The translations under genes were made by a program, and so were the position numbers. Of a stretch of DNA of 32,000 nucleotides, positions 1 through 8,144 are shown one piece after another. This stretch comes from Cellvibrio polysaccharolyticus. Lineage in GTDB: Bacteria; Pseudomonadota; Gammaproteobacteria; Pseudomonadales; Cellvibrionaceae. Under the pieces are notes generated by a model that saw only the letters and a program-made list of their open reading frames with translations, had not been told where the DNA came from and searched no databases. Every line of letters starts with the position of its first letter. Position 1 is the first letter of the stretch. Location: NCBI RefSeq assembly GCF_015182315.1, contig NZ_PRDL01000001.1, positions 1,460,580 through 1,492,579 of the forward strand. The letters are read 5' to 3'.

Positions 1-37
1 GACCGCAAGGCCTGTTCAATCTCAAAGTGCGTCGCTA
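1..37 (+). CDS. 3' end (11 codons + TAG) of an ABC-transporter permease gene, presumably UrtB-type
   Basis: Frame 2 reads PQGLFNLKVRR followed by TAG at 35-37, just before the AGGAGG Shine-Dalgarno of the next gene. Identity rests only on operon context (urtC-urtD-urtE follow). Confidence 0.35.
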
Positions 38-50
38 GGAGGAAAGTCTG

Positions 51-1196
51 ATGTTACAGCAACATTTACGTACGCTGATGGGTGGCAAAGAGTGGGTCGG
101 CTTTTTGATTCTCGCTGTTTTGCTCATCGTGGTTCTTCCTCTGACGCTGGATATTTTCCGTCTTAATCTGGTCGGCAAATATCTTACCTGGGCTTTTGTG
201 GCGATCGGGCTGGTGTTGTGTTGGGGTTATGGTGGCATTCTCAGTTTGGGGCAAGGCATTTTCTTCGGCATTGGCGGTTACGTCATGGCGATGTTTCTCA
301 AACTGGAATCGTCTGATCCGGAAAGCACAAAAATTCAATCTACGCCGGGCATCCCCGACTTTATGGATTGGAACCAGCTCACCGAATTGCCCTGGTTCTG
401 GCAACCGTTTGACAGTTTTCTGTTCACCATCATCGCCATTTTGATATTGCCTGCGTTGTTGGCTTACATCATCGGTGCCGCCATGTTCAAACGCCGCGTA
501 GGCGGGGTGTATTTCGCCATCATCACCCAGGCCATCGCCGCCATTGCCACCATTCTTATTATTGGTCAGCAAGGTTATACCGGCGGTGTGAACGGCATTA
601 CTGATTTACGCACCTTGATGGGCATGGATATTCGTACCGATAGCGCGCGATATTTCTTTTACTTTGTATGTGTTGCCTTGCTGTTTGTGAGTCTGTTTGT
701 TGCGCAATACATCCGTAAAAGTAAATTGGGCCGCTTGCTGGTTGCCATGCGTGATAAGGAAGACCGGGTACGTTTTTCCGGTTACGACGTTGCCAGTTTC
801 AAAATCTTTGTGTTCTGTATGGGCGCGGTATTTGCCTCGGTGGGTGGTGCCATGTTCACCCTGCAGGTAGGTTTTATGTCGCCCACACTGGTCGGTATTG
901 TGCCTTCCATTGAAATGGTCATCTTCTGTGCGGTTGGCGGTCGCCTCTCTATTATCGGTGCTGTATACGGTGCGCTGATTGTTAACTGGGCCAAAACCGC
1001 ACTGTCAGAAAGCTTCCCGGAATTGTGGCTGCTGGCCATGGGCGCACTGTTTATTGGTGTGGTCATGGCTTTCCCTAACGGGCTGGCCGGTTTGTACAGC
1101 GCCCACATTGAACCGCGACTGCTCAAACTCTTGCCAAAGAAAAATACACCTGCTGCACCTATAGCATCACCGGTTAAAGAGGGCACTTCATCATGA
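51..1196 (+). CDS. urtC: Urea/short-chain-amide ABC transporter permease, UrtC (LivM-like)
   Basis: 381-aa ORF with multiple hydrophobic TM segments and LivM/UrtC-type motifs (GQGIFFGIGGY, LLVAMRDKEDRVRFSGY). AGGAGG lies 8 nt upstream of the ATG. The stop overlaps the next start (ATGA). Confidence 0.85.
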   Translation: MLQQHLRTLMGGKEWVGFLILAVLLIVVLPLTLDIFRLNLVGKYLTWAFVAIGLVLCWGYGGILSLGQGIFFGIGGYVMAMFLKLESSDPESTKIQSTPGIPDFMDWNQLTELPWFWQPFDSFLFTIIAILILPALLAYIIGAAMFKRRVGGVYFAIITQAIAAIATILIIGQQGYTGGVNGITDLRTLMGMDIRTDSARYFFYFVCVALLFVSLFVAQYIRKSKLGRLLVAMRDKEDRVRFSGYDVASFKIFVFCMGAVFASVGGAMFTLQVGFMSPTLVGIVPSIEMVIFCAVGGRLSIIGAVYGALIVNWAKTALSESFPELWLLAMGALFIGVVMAFPNGLAGLYSAHIEPRLLKLLPKKNTPAAPIASPVKEGTSS

Positions 1197-1942
1197 TGAC
1201 GACTAACACCGACTTCGTATTGGCGGTTGAAGGGTTAACGGTTTCTTTTGATGGTTTCAAAGCGGTGAGCGATCTCAGTTTTTATGTCGATGAAAATGAA
1301 ATTCGCGTAATTATCGGCCCCAATGGGGCTGGTAAAACCACTGTGCTGGATTTGATTTGCGGTCGTACCCGTGCCACGGAAGGCTCTATAAAATTCAAAA
1401 ACCGCGAACTGACCAAACTCAAAGAGCATGACATCGTTAAAGCCGGCGTTGGCCGTAAATTTCAAAATCCATCTATCTACGGCGATTTAACCGTATTTGA
1501 AAACCTGGAGATTTCTTTTCCGCGTGGGCGCTCGGTGTGGGGTGCTTTGACTTTTAATCGCGATGCAGAAGTTATTAACAAAATCCATGAAATTGCCGAG
1601 ATGATTTTTCTCAAGGATCTTCTCCATCACCAGGCCGACCTGCTCAGCCATGGACAAAAGCAGTGGCTTGAAATTGGCATGCTGCTGATTCAGGACCCGC
1701 AATTGCTGATGCTGGATGAGCCGGTGGCGGGTATGTCGGTAGGTGAGCGCCAACAAACGGCGGAGTTACTGCGCAAAATTACCAAGGGGCGCTCGGTTAT
1801 TGTTATCGAGCACGATATGCAATTCGTGGCACAAATCGCTGACAAGGTAACGGTATTGCATCAGGGAAAAATTCTTGCAGAAGGTTCGGCAGAAAAAGTT
1901 AAACAAGACCCGAAGGTCATTGATGTGTACCTGGGTCATTGA
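1193..1942 (+). CDS. urtD: Urea/amide ABC transporter ATP-binding protein UrtD (LivG-like)
   Basis: Walker A GPNGAGKTT, ABC signature SHGQKQWLEIG, Walker B LLMLDEP, H-loop IEHDM. Translationally coupled to urtC. Confidence 0.9.
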   Translation: MMTTNTDFVLAVEGLTVSFDGFKAVSDLSFYVDENEIRVIIGPNGAGKTTVLDLICGRTRATEGSIKFKNRELTKLKEHDIVKAGVGRKFQNPSIYGDLTVFENLEISFPRGRSVWGALTFNRDAEVINKIHEIAEMIFLKDLLHHQADLLSHGQKQWLEIGMLLIQDPQLLMLDEPVAGMSVGERQQTAELLRKITKGRSVIVIEHDMQFVAQIADKVTVLHQGKILAEGSAEKVKQDPKVIDVYLGH

Positions 1943-1990
1943 TTCAATAAATTGGGGCGGAACCAGTTAACCTGGAGAGGAAACCTTATT

Positions 1991-2680
1991 ATGCTGGATG
2001 TTGCTGATTACCGTGTTGCTTACGGGCAAAGCGAAGTGATTCACGGGTTGAATTTTTCTTTAAAGCCCAACGAGATTGTGGCCATTCTCGGCCGTAATGG
2101 TATGGGAAAAACCACACTGATGAAGTCCCTGATGGGCGTTATTCCTTCCTCATCGGGTAGCGTTAAACTGGATGGTGCCGAAGTCAGTTCCATGAAAAGT
2201 TATCAACGGGTTAAGAAAGGTTTTGGGTTTGTTCCTCAGGGGCGCATGATTTTTTCCAGTATGACGGTAAAAGAAAATATCGAAACCGGCTTGACGACTA
2301 CCGGTCGGCGGAATGTTCCTCGTGATCTTTACGATATGTTTCCGGTGTTACTGGAAATGCGTAATCGGCGCGGCGGTAACCTTTCCGGCGGTCAACAACA
2401 GCAGTTGGCGATTGCCCGTGCACTGGCGAGTGATCCCAAGGTGTTGTTGCTGGATGAGCCTACCGAAGGTATTCAACCGTCGATTATTCGTGAGATGGGA
2501 CGAACGCTTAAACAGATTCGCGACCAGCGGGGTTTGTCGATTATCGTTTCCGAGCAGGTGTTAAGTTTTGCGCTGGATATTGCCGATCGGATTCTGGTAA
2601 TCGAGAAAGGCAATATCGTTTTCGAAGAAACCCGCGATAAAGTAGACGAAGCCAAAGTGGCCTCATACCTGTCGGTATAA
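1991..2680 (+). CDS. urtE: Urea/amide ABC transporter ATP-binding protein UrtE (LivF-like)
   Basis: Walker A GRNGMGKTT, signature LSGGQQQQLAIARAL, Walker B LLLDEPTEGIQP. The ORF track starts at TTG 1952. I prefer ATG 1991, 10 nt after GGAGAGG (1974-1980), which gives the usual MLDV... N-terminus. Confidence 0.9.
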   Translation: MLDVADYRVAYGQSEVIHGLNFSLKPNEIVAILGRNGMGKTTLMKSLMGVIPSSSGSVKLDGAEVSSMKSYQRVKKGFGFVPQGRMIFSSMTVKENIETGLTTTGRRNVPRDLYDMFPVLLEMRNRRGGNLSGGQQQQLAIARALASDPKVLLLDEPTEGIQPSIIREMGRTLKQIRDQRGLSIIVSEQVLSFALDIADRILVIEKGNIVFEETRDKVDEAKVASYLSV

Positions 2681-2734
2681 GAACGCTTTTGCCTTTAAAT
2701 TTTCCCACCCGCAAGTTCTTTCCTGTCAGGGGGG

Positions 2735-2824
2735 CCAACTACACCATCAGGACCGTCTGCCGCATGGATGCGGCAGTCGAGCCCCCAGGGAAGGGTTTAC
2801 GGCGAGTCCTGATGGTGTAGGTGG
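2735..2824 (+). repeat. Structured long-hairpin repeat, copy 1 (19-bp inverted arms + 52-nt conserved core)
   Basis: Arms 2735-2753 and 2806-2824 are reverse complements (1 mismatch; the 15-bp ctacaccatcaggac/gtcctgatggtgtag part is perfect). The core is CGTC-[ctgccgca TGGA tgcggcag]-GTCGAGC-[ccca GGGA aggg]-TTTACGGCGA. It lies 55 nt after the urtE stop. Confidence 0.8.
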
Positions 2825-2939
2825 TTCTCTGACAATTCCCCCTTGTCACATGCTCAATGCGCTCTTGAGTATTTAGCGCATTTGAAGAAGTTTTCTTCCA
2901 CCTATGTATAGCTTGTTACAGTATGAATATTACCGTGAC

Positions 2940-3047
2940 AAGCAGACGATCCCCCAAACCATTGGACTCGCCGTGAATGCATCCATGCAGGCTCGACTGC
3001 CGCATCCCTGCGGCAGACGGTCCAATGGTTTGGGCGATCATCTGCTT
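2940..3047 (-). repeat. Structured long-hairpin repeat, copy 2 (28-bp inverted arms, inverted relative to copy 1)
   Basis: Arms 2940-2967 and 3020-3047 are reverse complements at 26/28. The 52-nt core 2968-3019 matches the reverse complement of the copy-1 core except in a 17-nt stretch (13 substitutions). That stretch still forms a hairpin (tgca TCCA tgca). Confidence 0.8.
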
Positions 3048-3087
3048 ACAAACATTAGTTTTCTGTGTGGAGAATAAAAGCATTTGC

Positions 3088-3107
3088 ACTACGTCATTTA
3101 ACGTAGT
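3088..3107. promoter_or_regulatory. 7-bp inverted repeat ACTACGT-N6-ACGTAGT upstream of fmdA (candidate operator)
   Basis: Perfect inverted repeat seen directly, about 120 bp upstream of the fmdA ATG. No cognate regulator identified. Confidence 0.25.
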
Positions 3108-3223
3108 CACCGGGATAATTGTCGTATTGTTGCACCCCTGTCATGACCGGATACTGTGTTCCGAAGCGCTGCGATTTCTTACATCGAAAGCCAACCTCCA
3201 ACCATTGCCAAAGGGTAATCAGC

Positions 3224-4456
3224 ATGACAGAGACAATTATCAAGATTGACTTAAAAAAATCCCCTTACGAAAACGCTCAAATACACAACCGCTGGCATCC
3301 GGATATTCCCATGGCGGCAATGGTAAAACCGGGTGATGATTTTATTATTGAATGTCACGACTGGACCGGCGGGCAAATTAAAAATGATGACAGCGCCGAT
3401 GACGTGCGTGATGTGGACCTCACTCAGGTTCACTTTCTTTCCGGCCCGGTAGGCGTGGAAGGCGCAGAACCTGGCGATTTGCTGGTTGTGGATATTCTGG
3501 ATATCGGTACTTTTGAAGACAGCCAATGGGGCTTTAACGGTTTCTTTTCCAAAAATAACGGCGGCGGTTTTCTGACAGAACATTTTCCCAATGCGCAAAA
3601 AACCGTGTGGGATTTTAAAGGCATGTTCACCAGCTCGCGTCATATTCCCAATGTGGAATTTGCGGGCTTGATTCACCCCGGGTTGATTGGTTGTTTGCCT
3701 TCCAAAGAAATGCTGCTGGAGTGGAACAAGCGCGAGAAAGAACTTTACGACACCAATCCCGAGCGCGTACCTGCCTTGGCAACTTTGCCCTTCGCGAAAA
3801 CGGCCCATATGGGAGCAATGCCGAGCGAGGCGGCGAAGGCAGCGGCGGAAGAGGGCGCGCGTACCGTGCCACCCAGAGAGCACGGCGGTAACTGCGATAT
3901 TAAGGATCTGTCACGCGGTTCGAAAATCTACTTCCCGGTGTACGTGAAAGATGGTGGCCTGTCCGTTGGCGATTTGCACTTCAGCCAGGGCGATGGCGAG
4001 ATTACCTTTTGCGGTGCCATCGAGATGGCCGGTTGGATTCATCTGCGTGTGAATCTGATCAAAGACGGCATGGCAAAATATGCGATTAAAAACCCGATCT
4101 TCAAACCCAGCCCGATTGCGCCGAAATATGATGATTATTTGATCTTCGAAGGCATTTCGGTGGATGAGTACGGCGAGCAGCATTATTTAGATGTTCATGT
4201 CGCCTATCGTCAGGCGTGTCTCAATGCCATCGAGTACATGACCAAATTCGGTTATACCAAAGATCAGGCCTATTCGCTGTTGGGCTGTGCGCCGGTGCAG
4301 GGGCATATCAGTGGCGTGGTGGATATCCCCAATGCCTGTGCGACCTTGTGGCTGCCCACCGATATCTTTGATTTTGATATCAACCCGTCAGCCGAGGGGC
4401 CGACTAAAAAGGTGACCAGCCAGGTTAAAGTCCCGTTGTCTTACGATAAGGAGTAA
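3224..4456 (+). CDS. fmdA: Formamidase (acetamidase/formamidase family)
   Basis: 410 aa from ATG 3224. The N-terminus MTETIIKIDLKKSPYENAQIHNRWHPDIP... and the length match FmdA-type formamidases as I recall them (Methylophilus FmdA, about 407 aa). The extra 35 codons in the ORF track (from 3119) are Cys/Pro-rich and unlikely to be coding. Confidence 0.9.
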   Translation: MTETIIKIDLKKSPYENAQIHNRWHPDIPMAAMVKPGDDFIIECHDWTGGQIKNDDSADDVRDVDLTQVHFLSGPVGVEGAEPGDLLVVDILDIGTFEDSQWGFNGFFSKNNGGGFLTEHFPNAQKTVWDFKGMFTSSRHIPNVEFAGLIHPGLIGCLPSKEMLLEWNKREKELYDTNPERVPALATLPFAKTAHMGAMPSEAAKAAAEEGARTVPPREHGGNCDIKDLSRGSKIYFPVYVKDGGLSVGDLHFSQGDGEITFCGAIEMAGWIHLRVNLIKDGMAKYAIKNPIFKPSPIAPKYDDYLIFEGISVDEYGEQHYLDVHVAYRQACLNAIEYMTKFGYTKDQAYSLLGCAPVQGHISGVVDIPNACATLWLPTDIFDFDINPSAEGPTKKVTSQVKVPLSYDKE

Positions 4457-4462
4457 ATCATC

Positions 4463-4837
4463 GTGCCTGTTTATGACTATAAATGTGCTGAACACGGGTT
4501 GTTTTATGAATTGGCTCCGGTCGCCGAGGCGTCGCAACCTTGTGCCTGTCCTGTTTGCGGCACCTTATCGGCAAGGATAATCATCATGGCGCCGTTCATG
4601 AATGACATGAGCGAAACCAATCGCAAGGCCCATACGCAGAATGAGAAGAGTCGACATCAGCCTGTGTTCTCAAGTACAGAAATCCGTCAGGAACAGGCCG
4701 ATCGTAATAAACATGACAAGCAGGGGCGGGGTTGTTCCTGCCACGGTGACAAGCCTATTCGTAAATCGGCACTGTTTTATACGGCAGACGGCAACAAAAT
4801 GTTTCCCTCAATGCGGCCATGGATGATTAGTCACTGA
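4463..4837 (+). CDS. fmdB: FmdB-family zinc-ribbon putative regulatory protein
   Basis: N-terminus MPVYDYKCxxHG...CPVCG (paired CxxC zinc ribbon typical of the FmdB family). GTG start 6 nt after the fmdA stop. The fmdA-fmdB order is as in Methylophilus. Confidence 0.75.
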   Translation: MPVYDYKCAEHGLFYELAPVAEASQPCACPVCGTLSARIIIMAPFMNDMSETNRKAHTQNEKSRHQPVFSSTEIRQEQADRNKHDKQGRGCSCHGDKPIRKSALFYTADGNKMFPSMRPWMISH

Positions 4838-4863
4838 ATAAAAAGTTCATTTTTTTGAGAATT

Positions 4864-4891
4864 CGGGCGCGTTTTCAGCGCCCGTTTTTTT
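4864..4891 (+). terminator. Rho-independent terminator of the urt-fmd unit
   Basis: 7-bp GC stem cgggcgc/gcgcccg (4864-4870 / 4878-4884), 7-nt loop, then T7 (4885-4891). Confidence 0.85.
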
Positions 4892-5310
4892 GTGCGACCG
4901 GCATCCCAAATTTTTATTTTAGTTATAAGCAAAAAAGAATAATGCGCCAATGTGACGTTTAAAGTGCGCTTTTATATGAATTGTTTACTTGATTATTTAT
5001 TTTTATTACTGTTTATATGGGTTTTATAGTTTTATTTAGCGTTATTCTATTTTTTTATAATAATTAAACGATCTACCTTTTTTCTTGTTAAATAACCTTC
5101 CTTTGCTAGCCTTCCATTTGATTATGCGTTTTTTCGAAAACGAAATCGTATCAGGGGTGTGTCATTTTATGACCTGAAGAGTTAACGCACGCACAAGGAT
5201 TGATTGCTTTATCTATGATCGGCGTGTTGATCAGCTACCTGGCGCGGTACACAGTTGCGCCCTGACCGATAGCATGTCGGCTTTGATTAACGATTGGAAG
5301 GAAAAATATT

Positions 5311-6342
5311 ATGAAGAAAGTTACTGGTGTAAAACACATATTGAGCAGTTTGGTCGCGATGAGTGTATTGGGGTCTGCGGCCGCATGGGCTGCTGAAGAT
5401 CCATATCGTGGCAGTTATTTCGGTGCGCGCGCCGGTTACTCCTACAACGACAATTCCTGCGATAGCAGCGCAATCAAGTGCGATAAGGAAGAAGAGGCTT
5501 ACGGCCTGTTCTACGGCTACGACTTTAGCCGTTATGTAGCACTGGAGTTGTCTGCCAACGATATCGGCGATACCCGTGCCACCTATCCGGGTGACCTGAG
5601 ACTGCGTGGCGACCTGTTTGCTTCCGACCTGTCGGTGAAATTCTCCAAGCCCATCTCCGAGCGTACCCGCTTGTACGCCAAATTCGGTGCGGCTTACTGG
5701 CGTGCAGAGCTGCTTGGCGGCCCGACTAAACTTAAAGATTCAGGCTATCGTCCGTTGGCCGGTGTGGGTGTTGAGTTCCCGCTCTCCGACCGTCTGGCTG
5801 GCCGTTTTGAATATCAGTACATTGATAAAGTCGGTAACAACGACATTGGCTATGCCGACCCGCATTATGTAGGTTTGGCACTGGTCTGGAACTTCTCTTC
5901 CCGTGCAGCTCGCCCGGCACCAGAGCCGGTAGCACGTGTTGAGCCTACTCCGCAGCCGGTAGCCGAGCCACCCAGAGAAACCCGTATCGTGGTTGATGAG
6001 AACCGTCATGGTCCTCTGTTCGCCTTCGACAAGTCAGAGGTTGCCAACACTGCGTCTATTGACCCGGTTGTCGATATGCTGAAAAAGGGTCCGGAATTGC
6101 GTGTCCACGTAATCGGCCACACCGACTCGGTAGGTTCTGACACCTATAACCAGGGTCTGTCAGAGCGTCGCGCCCAGGCGGTTGCCCGTTATCTGGAAAG
6201 AAACGGCATTGCTAACAACCGTATTACGGTTTCCGGTAAAGGTGAATCCGAGCCGGTAGCAGATAACAGCACTAACGACGGCCGTGCACAAAACCGTCGT
6301 GTAGAGTTTGTTATCACCGGTGTGAAGGTTGTTGTTCAGTAA
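5311..6342 (+). CDS. OmpA-family outer-membrane protein (N-terminal beta-barrel + Pro-rich hinge + C-terminal OmpA peptidoglycan-binding domain)
   Basis: Signal peptide MKK...AAAWA|AE, barrel-like alternating aromatic strands, hinge APEPVARVEPTPQPVAEPP. The C-terminal domain has HTDSVGSDTYNQGLSERRAQAV and NRRVEF. Confidence 0.85.
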   Translation: MKKVTGVKHILSSLVAMSVLGSAAAWAAEDPYRGSYFGARAGYSYNDNSCDSSAIKCDKEEEAYGLFYGYDFSRYVALELSANDIGDTRATYPGDLRLRGDLFASDLSVKFSKPISERTRLYAKFGAAYWRAELLGGPTKLKDSGYRPLAGVGVEFPLSDRLAGRFEYQYIDKVGNNDIGYADPHYVGLALVWNFSSRAARPAPEPVARVEPTPQPVAEPPRETRIVVDENRHGPLFAFDKSEVANTASIDPVVDMLKKGPELRVHVIGHTDSVGSDTYNQGLSERRAQAVARYLERNGIANNRITVSGKGESEPVADNSTNDGRAQNRRVEFVITGVKVVVQ

Positions 6343-6378
6343 GCGGTGAGTTCAGAGTTTTTTTGATCTCAATAGAAA

Positions 6379-6411
6379 GCGGGCCGTGGGTCATCCACCG
6401 GCCCGCTTTTT
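6379..6411 (+). terminator. Rho-independent terminator after the ompA-like gene
   Basis: 8-bp stem gcgggccg/cggcccgc (6379-6386 / 6399-6406) followed by T5. Confidence 0.85.
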
Positions 6412-6799
6412 ATAAAAACAGTTATGCCGTTAGAACCAAAAATGAAAAGCAGCAATTTTTTGCGTAGAAATGGAAATTGACACGCCACCCCTTAACAAAA
6501 CTTTGCAAATAGCTAAAAGCAAGTTGTAAATAGAGGCAGGCGCACAAACGGGAATTTTTTCGAATAAGAATATTTTTTATCAAGTTGCAGCCCCTTGTAA
6601 ACTCAGGGCTTTTGCAGCATTAAAACACGGTTGTCTGAGGGCCAATAATGGCTTTAAGGTTAAAATATGATCGTTTTGGCGCGTAAAATTAAATATACCT
6701 GAGCCAATAATAGTATTGGACACTGCGCCATTGATTGATCTAGTATTAAACCAAGCATCAACATCATCTTGTTTGATGTGGATCAAATGGGTATCAGTA

Positions 6800-7096
6800 A
6801 TGCGTAAGGCTCTGCTGTTAATCAAGGTTGTTTTACTGCTGACTGCGTTCATGGGTCTCAGTAATATTCATGCCGCCGAGTTCGGTAGCAAGAGCTTCCT
6901 TGCGACCTCCATTTGTGACCTCAATGCTAATACCTCCAATCAGCAATCCGGCAATGACGATGAGGAACTCACCTCGAGTGAATCCCATTTTCTGACTACC
7001 CGTTCTGCCGCGATAATTGCCGGTGACTATGCATTTGCCACCTACGGTGCAGTTGCAACACGTCCCTTCGCTCGTGCCCCACCTTCAACCCTCTGA
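6800..7096 (+). CDS. Hypothetical small secreted protein (98 aa)
   Basis: ATG 6800 gives a convincing signal peptide MRKALLLIKVVLLLTAFMGLSNIHA|AE. There is no recognisable domain, the SD is weak, and a competing 90-aa ORF lies on the opposite strand. Confidence 0.35.
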   Translation: MRKALLLIKVVLLLTAFMGLSNIHAAEFGSKSFLATSICDLNANTSNQQSGNDDEELTSSESHFLTTRSAAIIAGDYAFATYGAVATRPFARAPPSTL

Positions 7097-7264
7097 ATAT
7101 CTGTTGCTTCAACCAGGTGTATTAACTTGATCAGAAGCCGGGGCTATCGCTCGTGCAGCCCAGTTTTCTATCACCCTGGTTTCACCGCTGCTGATAATTT
7201 GCAGTAGCAATTAAGACCAAAAACGCCCCGATTACGGCGTATTGGCAACATTCAGAGGTGTATT

Positions 7265-7828
7265 ATGAAAAATTTAAACGTATTTTCTGTTGATGCAATC
7301 GATCACCTGGTTCAACCGGACGAGTTTGATGATGTAACAGCTGAGTCGTCTGCTTTGACTATTCTGACCGACTTCAGAAGCCACAGACCGCACGTTGTTG
7401 AAGCGCACATTTCTGCTTCCGAAGCTGTTGAATCCATGCTGCAGGAAAACGTAAGCCTGAAGCTGGTGGTGGATACCCACGGCGAATTTATCGGTCTGGT
7501 CAGCTACGAAGACCTGTCTGACCAAAGTATTGTGTTGATGCAAAGTGCCAACCGGGTGCGTCGTCAGGAAGTGCTGGTTGCTGACCTGATGCATTCCCGT
7601 GAATCTATCCATGCCATCAACTACGAAGATTTCAAACGTGCCAGCGTGGCCGACATCATCTACACGCTGCAACGTCATGGTCACCAGTACTATTTGGTGG
7701 TTGACCGCAATGAGCACCATATCCGTGGTGTCGTGTCTTCTGCGGAAATTTCCCGTCGTTTGCACAAACCGGTACTGGTTGAAAAAATCCCTACCGTTGT
7801 TGATATTCTGAGCGCTGTCAGAGGCTAA
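7265..7828 (+). CDS. CBS-domain pair protein
   Basis: Two CBS-like repeats (..LKLVVDTHGEFIGLVSYEDL.. and ..YYLVVDRNEHHIRGVVSSAEISRRL..). 187 aa, no other domain. Confidence 0.8.
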   Translation: MKNLNVFSVDAIDHLVQPDEFDDVTAESSALTILTDFRSHRPHVVEAHISASEAVESMLQENVSLKLVVDTHGEFIGLVSYEDLSDQSIVLMQSANRVRRQEVLVADLMHSRESIHAINYEDFKRASVADIIYTLQRHGHQYYLVVDRNEHHIRGVVSSAEISRRLHKPVLVEKIPTVVDILSAVRG

Positions 7829-7912
7829 TCGCTTATCTCCTTCTTTATTGTTTTTATCGGCGAACCCGGACGGGTTCGCCACGCCAGTTAAGTCTATCCG
7901 CTTTTTAAACCC

Positions 7913-7945
7913 ACCCGCTCCACTCTTTAGGATGCGGGTTTTTTT
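7913..7945 (+). terminator. Probable rho-independent terminator after the CBS gene
   Basis: Stem acccgc/gcgggt (7913-7918 / 7934-7939), 15-nt loop, T-run 7939-7945. A separate 9-bp GC hairpin without a T-run lies at 7859-7880. Confidence 0.55.
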
Positions 7946-8144
7946 GTTTTTGTACCCCGGAAAAGCACCCGCCTGATGATGAAACTTGAGGCGCCAGCGC
8001 CGCAGATTCAGCGGTTTGTCATGGTAAGGCGTGAATATAATCCGGTGGCGTTATATCGGTTATTTACGCACAGGTGTCGGCAGCAGAGATTCCTGCCAAC
8101 TTGGTGTATACTTCGCCCACATTTTGTACAACAGGTAGGATATT

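Noticed and set aside
3031-3046. Sigma-54-like element TGGGCG-ATCAT-CTGCT upstream of fmdA (nitrogen-regulated genes often use RpoN)
   Set aside because: Only the GG/GC dinucleotides and their spacing match. Positions 4-6 of the -24 box are wrong. The sequence is part of the right arm of repeat copy 2, which explains its presence.
3119-3223. Longer ORF-track N-termini: fmdA from 3119, urtE from 1952, rhodanese from 21555, porin from 17336, response regulator from 9866
   Set aside because: The extensions add non-native-looking residues. They lack SDs or overlap upstream genes and repeats, while internal starts restore canonical N-termini or signal peptides with better SD spacing.
6580-6852. 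A 90-aa minus-strand ORF in the low-GC spacer after the ompA-like gene
   Set aside because: No SD, signal or motif. It overlaps the start of the plus-strand ORF, which at least has a textbook signal peptide. Neither is strongly supported.
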